Origin: Arenicellales bacterium
GTDB lineage: Bacteria; Pseudomonadota; Gammaproteobacteria; Arenicellales; Poriferihabitantaceae
DNA length: 64,000 nucleotides
Direction: 5' to 3'
NCBI GenBank assembly: GCA_963693025.1
Contig: OY843749.1
Coordinates: 712,719 to 776,718 of the forward strand
Shown here: piece after piece, positions 59,148 to 64,000 of the stretch
Numbering within the stretch: position 1 is the stretch's first letter
Layout of the letters: every line of letters begins with the position of its first letter
Notes under the pieces: generated by a model
The model's database searches: none
What the model saw: the letters and a program-made list of their open reading frames with translations, nothing else
Told to the model about the DNA's origin: nothing
Made by a program: the position numbers and the translations under genes

Positions 59148-60206
59148 CTAGCGACGCGAGGCCGGTTTGAGGTCTATACAAGTAATTTCATTAAGCGAGC
59201 CAAGGCGCATGAGAGGTCCCCAGGTGCCGGTGCCGGGGGAGACGTAGAGGTGGGCGTTGTCTTTGCTGTATAGGCCTCGGATGCGTTGGTATTGGCTTTT
59301 TACCAGCAGGTTGAACGGGAAGATTTGGCCGTTGTGGGTGTGTCCGCAGAGCATCAAATCTACGCCGTGTTCGAGCGCGGTTTCCCAGCCCATTGGGCGG
59401 TGATAGAGCAGCACGGTGTAGCGGTCGCTGTGGCATTCGATGCCCGGCAGGTTGTCCGCCACTTGATGGTGTTCGTCGGCGTCATCGATGCCGATGACCT
59501 GAATTTCGCCGGCGATGACCTGTTGCTGGCGCAGCGATTCAACGCCCAAATGCGCCAGCATGCCGAGCGCCTTGTCGAGGTCGGCGTAGCGCTCGTGGTT
59601 GCCGATGGTGAACAGCGTCCGGGCGCGCAGTTGGCGCAGGAATTTGAGGTCGTCGTGGCCGACCGCCGAGGAGTCGATGAGGTCGCCGGTGATGACCACG
59701 ACATCCGGTTCCAGCCGGTTGATTCGGTTGACGATTCTTCCGAGATAGCCGCCGCGGCGCGAGCCAATGTGGACATCGCTAATCTGCACGATGCGGTGCG
59801 GCTTGGTGACCTTGGCGGAGGCGAACTCCAGGTGTTTGACCTTGAGATAATGCGACGCCAGCACCGCCAGCACGACCAGCGCCGCGGCGATGCCGAGAAT
59901 CCAACCGACCGCCGCCGCGTCCGACACCGGCGCCAGCAGGCGAATCACTTCATACGGCAGCGTCAGGCACAGCAGGATGAAACTGACGCCCATCCAGTGA
60001 ACCGTGACATAGCGCACGCGCATTTTCGCGCCGCTGAATGAATACCACAGCGCGGCGGTGGCGAGCAGCCAAATCAGCACGGTGGGTCCCGCGCCGAGCG
60101 CGGTCTCAGCGCCATACCACGCGGCCAGCCGGTTGACCGGATAGGCGAACACCAAGAACGACACCAGCGGAAACAGGAGATAGAACCAACGCCTTGTTGT
60201 GGTCAT
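59148..60206 (-). CDS. Membrane-anchored metallophosphoesterase (YkuE/YaeI-like)
   Basis: SDVHIG, ITGDLID, GNHE, LLYHRP, CGHTHNGQI, YVSPGTGTWGP. Confidence 0.9.
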   Translation of the reverse strand: MTTTRRWFYLLFPLVSFLVFAYPVNRLAAWYGAETALGAGPTVLIWLLATAALWYSFSGAKMRVRYVTVHWMGVSFILLCLTLPYEVIRLLAPVSDAAAVGWILGIAAALVVLAVLASHYLKVKHLEFASAKVTKPHRIVQISDVHIGSRRGGYLGRIVNRINRLEPDVVVITGDLIDSSAVGHDDLKFLRQLRARTLFTIGNHERYADLDKALGMLAHLGVESLRQQQVIAGEIQVIGIDDADEHHQVADNLPGIECHSDRYTVLLYHRPMGWETALEHGVDLMLCGHTHNGQIFPFNLLVKSQYQRIRGLYSKDNAHLYVSPGTGTWGPLMRLGSLNEITCIDLKPASRR

Positions 60207-60317
60207 TTTGCGCGCCGTTAATGGATGCTTGGGATGCGAAGCCCGCTCAATTCAAGTGAACTTAGCGCGCGCATCATACTATAATCGCCACTCATCCACC
60301 TCGACCGGATTCGCGCG

Positions 60318-61784
60318 CTGAAAACAAAACAACCCTTCAGGAAAACCAAGGTCATCGCCACCATCGGTCCCGCCTGCGACAACGACCGGACGTTGCGCGA
60401 GATGATTCACGCCGGCATGAACGTCGCCCGCTTGAACATGTCGCACGGCAGCGCCGAGTCGCACGCCGGCACATTGCGGCGCATCCGCGAAGCGGCGCAG
60501 TCGCTGGACGCCACGGTCGCCATCATGGTGGACACGCGCGGGCGCGAAATCCGCACCGGGCAACTCGCCGACGGCAAGGTCTTGCTGGAGCGCAATCAAC
60601 CCTATTCGCTGTTTGACGACGACGGGCGCGGCGGCGACGAGCGCGGAGTGTCCGTCACGCATCCCAACCTCGCCGCGCACGTGTCGCCCGGCGACCGGGT
60701 GTTGATTGACGACGGGCAAATCGAACTCATCGTCACCGGCACGGGCGCGCATGAAATCGTGTGCCGGGTTGAATGCGGTGGCATCTTGCACAACAGCAAG
60801 GGCGTCAACCTGCCCGACAACCGCAACATTTACGAGCGCCTCGCGCCCGACGATTCGCGCGAGATTGAGTTCGCGGTCGAGCATCAAGCCGAATATATCG
60901 CCGCCTCGTTCATCCGCAACGCCGGCGACATCCGAACGATGCACCGGCAACTGAAAGACCTCGGCGCCGACATCCCCATCATCGCCAAAATCGAAAACCG
61001 CGACGGCGTGGACAACCTCGACGACATTCTGTCCGCCGCCAACGGCATCATGGTGGCGCGCGGCGACCTCGGCATTGAACTGGAGATGGGCGAGGGACCG
61101 ACCATACAGAAGCGAATCATCCGGGCGACCGTCTCCGGCGGCAAACCGGTGATTACCGCAACGCAGATGCTGGATTCGATGGAGCGCAACCCGCGCCCGA
61201 CGCGCGCCGAGGTCTCGGACGTCGCCAACGCCATTTTTGACGGCACGTCGGCGGTCATGCTCTCGGGCGAGACCGCGGTCGGCAGGCGGCCGGTCGAAGC
61301 GGTGCGCACCATGGTCATGCTGGCGCTCGAGGCGGAAGCCGGCTTGAAGCAATACGGCTATCTGCAGCAAATCAACCCGAGCCCTTCGGACGAGGTGACC
61401 GAGGCGGTCGCGCAAGCCGCGATTACCGTCGCCAATCACCTCAACGCCGCGGCGATTCTGGCGCTGACCGAGACCGGGCTGACCTCGCGGTTGATTTCCA
61501 AATACCGCCCGGAAAGCCCGATTCTGGCAATCACCTCGTCGCAACGCGTGATGCGCCGGCTGGCGATGAACTGGGGCATACTCGCCATCCACTACCATCA
61601 TAACGATGGCGACGGCGGCGGTGGCGGCGACCGGGGCGGCTCCGACCACGACAAAATCCAGTTCGCGATGTCGCGCGCCACGGAGTTGGGATATGTGCGC
61701 CGCGGCGATTTGGTGATTCTAACCGCGGGCAGTTCGCATCAAGCCGGCAGCACCAACGTGATTCGCGTGTTGACGGTGCGTTAG
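60318..61784 (+). CDS. pyk: Pyruvate kinase (probable non-canonical start, CTG 60318)
   Basis: RKTKVIATIGP lies upstream of the first ATG (60393). Also ARLNMSHG, KGVNLP, IIAKIE, MVARGDLG, ATQMLDSM, DVANAI, MLSGETA. Confidence 0.92.
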   Translation: MKTKQPFRKTKVIATIGPACDNDRTLREMIHAGMNVARLNMSHGSAESHAGTLRRIREAAQSLDATVAIMVDTRGREIRTGQLADGKVLLERNQPYSLFDDDGRGGDERGVSVTHPNLAAHVSPGDRVLIDDGQIELIVTGTGAHEIVCRVECGGILHNSKGVNLPDNRNIYERLAPDDSREIEFAVEHQAEYIAASFIRNAGDIRTMHRQLKDLGADIPIIAKIENRDGVDNLDDILSAANGIMVARGDLGIELEMGEGPTIQKRIIRATVSGGKPVITATQMLDSMERNPRPTRAEVSDVANAIFDGTSAVMLSGETAVGRRPVEAVRTMVMLALEAEAGLKQYGYLQQINPSPSDEVTEAVAQAAITVANHLNAAAILALTETGLTSRLISKYRPESPILAITSSQRVMRRLAMNWGILAIHYHHNDGDGGGGGDRGGSDHDKIQFAMSRATELGYVRRGDLVILTAGSSHQAGSTNVIRVLTVR

Positions 61785-63109
61785 CGAGCGCGCTCCGTCG
61801 TCGTCGTGTCGGCGTCCGCATCGGTACCGACCCATGGGCGGCAGTAAGTTTCGCGCAGCAGCAGGATGCACACCAGCGCCAGGAGATTGGAGCCGATGAG
61901 CACGGTGAAGGCGGTGGTATAGGCGTCGGCGGCGTAGATGCGCACGCCGTCCACGATGCGCCCGTCCCAGTTGAGGTCCAGCAGCCAGCCGATGACCGGC
62001 TGCATCACCGCCCCCGACCCGACCACGCACATATTGACCAAGCCCATGGCGGTCGCGCTGTGGCGGGGTGAGTTGACTTCGCGCATCGAGCCGAACACCA
62101 CGGTCATCATCGAGCCGCTGAGCCCCAGCACAAAAAACAACACCGACATCACCGCCGGCGCGCTGAAGCCGGCGAACAGGATGACCGAAAAAAGCAGCGT
62201 GTTGCAGAGGATGCCGCCGAGCAGAACCGGCTTGCGCCTGCCCTGGAAATCCGACAACCAGCCCATGGCGGGCGCGCCGATTGCCCAGCCGAAGAACAGC
62301 ATCGACGACACCCCGGCGGCGGTCGCCATCGGATAACCAAAAACGCTGTTGAGCCACGGCACCGCCCATAGCCCGGCGAACGCCAGCATGATGCCGGTCA
62401 TGCCGAAACCGATGCCGGCGCACGCCCAACTCTGCGGATTGGCAATCACCGCGAACACGCCTTTGGCGGTGCTCGGCGCTTCATGCTGCGGCTGATGTTG
62501 CGGCGGATGTTGCGCGGACTGCGGGCGGCGCGGCACGATATAGAACAACGACACCGCCAACGCCACCGACACCACGCCCAGCGAGCCGATGACCATGCGC
62601 CAGCCGAATTGCTCCACCACATACCGCAGCGGCGCTTGACTGAGCACCGCGCCGAGCATGCCGATGCTCTGCACCAATCCGGCGAGCATCGCAAAACGCG
62701 CCGGCGCAAACCAGTAGCCGGCGATGGTCAGCGTGCCGACAAATGCGAACGCCACCGAGCCGCCGATCAACGCGCGAAAAAACGACGCCGCCCAGAGCGA
62801 TTCGCTGAGCGCAAAGCCAAACGAACTCAGCGCGCACACCGCCACCGCAACGCTCATCAGTTTGCGCGGACCGAAGCGGTCGTTCAACATCCCAACCGGG
62901 ATTTGGATGCTGGCATAGGCGTAAAAATACCAACCCGACAACGTGCCCAACGCCGCCGCACCAACCGAAAAATCGCGCATCCATTCGGCGGTCATCACAC
63001 TCGGCGCAACCCGATGCACAAAAGCCAAAGCAAAAAACAACGCCCCCACCGCAAAAGCGGCCAGCGCACGCGAGGAAGAAACAACACGGTCGGGAGGGTT
63101 CACCGGCAT
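61781..63109 (-). CDS. MFS transporter
   Basis: 12-TM pattern with MFS motif G.LNDRFGPRK and GWLSDFQGRRK. Confidence 0.88.
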   Translation of the reverse strand: MPVNPPDRVVSSSRALAAFAVGALFFALAFVHRVAPSVMTAEWMRDFSVGAAALGTLSGWYFYAYASIQIPVGMLNDRFGPRKLMSVAVAVCALSSFGFALSESLWAASFFRALIGGSVAFAFVGTLTIAGYWFAPARFAMLAGLVQSIGMLGAVLSQAPLRYVVEQFGWRMVIGSLGVVSVALAVSLFYIVPRRPQSAQHPPQHQPQHEAPSTAKGVFAVIANPQSWACAGIGFGMTGIMLAFAGLWAVPWLNSVFGYPMATAAGVSSMLFFGWAIGAPAMGWLSDFQGRRKPVLLGGILCNTLLFSVILFAGFSAPAVMSVLFFVLGLSGSMMTVVFGSMREVNSPRHSATAMGLVNMCVVGSGAVMQPVIGWLLDLNWDGRIVDGVRIYAADAYTTAFTVLIGSNLLALVCILLLRETYCRPWVGTDADADTTTTERAR

Positions 63110-63249
63110 CGAGTCAATGGATTGTAAAGTTGGCGGCGCACAAGCAACCGCAAAGCGGGCATATTATACGCAACACGCACACACGGCGGAGCAAACCGGC
63201 CAGACTTTACGGGGCATGAATTCGCCCCATTCCGGAATGGCGGCTATTA

Positions 63250-63575
63250 CTCGTCATTCTCGAGCGTTAGTGTCCGTTGCCGCCGCGCTTCTTCTTTTAA
63301 GCGGCGGCTTACGGACACCCCCGCTAACACACTGCGGGGGCAGGCTTGCGTCCTCGGGAAAAATCCGCCGGGAGCGGATTTTCGCGTAGCCCGAAGGGCG
63401 CGTATCAGGGATGATACGCGCAATCTCCCTAAGACTGGCACGGGTTTTTGTTGGAATTCACGGTAGCCTTAGGGAGATTCCCGAGGTCGTAAGCGCCCGT
63501 AAGCCGCTACGCGGCAACGGGCGCTAACGCTCGAATGACGACGTGGGGGGTATTTTCTACCGTTCGAGAATGACA
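63250..63575. repeat. Cluster 6 of the ~200-bp repeat: symmetric chimeric copy with tri-hairpin insert, plus a terminal fragment
   Basis: Left arm, then a 63-nt insert (63361-63423), the central hairpin, and the reverse complement of the left arm ending TCGAATGACG at 63540. Confidence 0.9.
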
Positions 63576-63650
63576 ACCACACATCAAGCACCCACCCCAC
63601 CACCCCGCCATTTTTGTTAAAATACCCCCGTCCCCCACCCCACCACCTCA

Positions 63651-64000
63651 ATGACAACGCCCCCCAACTTCTTCGACAACCCCATGGTTGAAGCCGAGGA
63701 CATTCATTTTTCCTTCGGACAGCGCCGCATCTACGAAGGGCTTGATTTGCTCATCCCGCGCGGCAAGGTCACCGTTATCCTGGGACCCAGCGGCTGTGGC
63801 AAATCAACTTTTTTGAGTTTGGTTGGCGGGCGGTTGCGGCCTCGGGGGGGGCGGTTGTTGGTGGATGGGGAGGGGGTTCCGCCGCAGGGTAGCAACCGGC
63901 TGTTTGAGATGCGGCGCAAGATGGGGATGTTGTTTCAGAGTAGCGCGCTGCTGACCGACCTCACGGTGTTCGACAACGTCGCCTTCCCGTTGCGCGAGCA
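63651..64000 (+). CDS. mlaF: ABC transporter ATP-binding protein, MlaF-like (3' truncated by the window)
   Basis: Read manually: MTTPPNFFDNPMVEAEDIHFSFGQRRIY...GPSGCGKST...RRKMGMLFQSSALLTDLTVFDNVAFPLRE. Confidence 0.8.
   Translation, partial: MTTPPNFFDNPMVEAEDIHFSFGQRRIYEGLDLLIPRGKVTVILGPSGCGKSTFLSLVGGRLRPRGGRLLVDGEGVPPQGSNRLFEMRRKMGMLFQSSALLTDLTVFDNVAFPLRE

Overview
GC-rich bacterial chromosome segment with gammaproteobacterial-type synteny (mrcA/aroK-aroB, argH-lptM-lysA, rsmI-lpoA-yraN-gmhA-dolP). It carries a complete 14-gene nuoA-N (complex I) operon on the minus strand. The operon is interrupted at five junctions by eight co-directional, lower-GC passenger genes: three DNA methyltransferases, two PD-(D/E)XK-type nucleases (one EVE-like fused) and three small hypotheticals, several joined by ATGA stop/start overlaps. 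Six intergenic sites hold clusters of a ~200-bp multi-hairpin repeat (CTCGTCATTCTCGA...TCGAGAATGACGAG) with reiterated ends. The clusters host two nested smaller elements: a 170-bp MITE with IS1182-type ends and a ~63-bp tri-hairpin insert. Other content includes a ykkC-family riboswitch upstream of an EamA transporter, a type I (EcoEI-like) R-M locus with hsdR split by an intact IS1182-family element, and a DoxX/two ATP-grasp/MFS cluster. Also present are a TMADH-like flavoenzyme, a glutamine-synthetase-like ligase, ddl, a Cu-ATPase, pncA, pyk (no ATG/GTG/TTG start) and a partial mlaF. Repeated short-range strand-asymmetry switches (C/A-rich to G/T-rich at synonymous sites) are visible near gene boundaries. 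No rRNA, tRNA or CRISPR array was seen. All assignments come from motif and family recall, without database searches.
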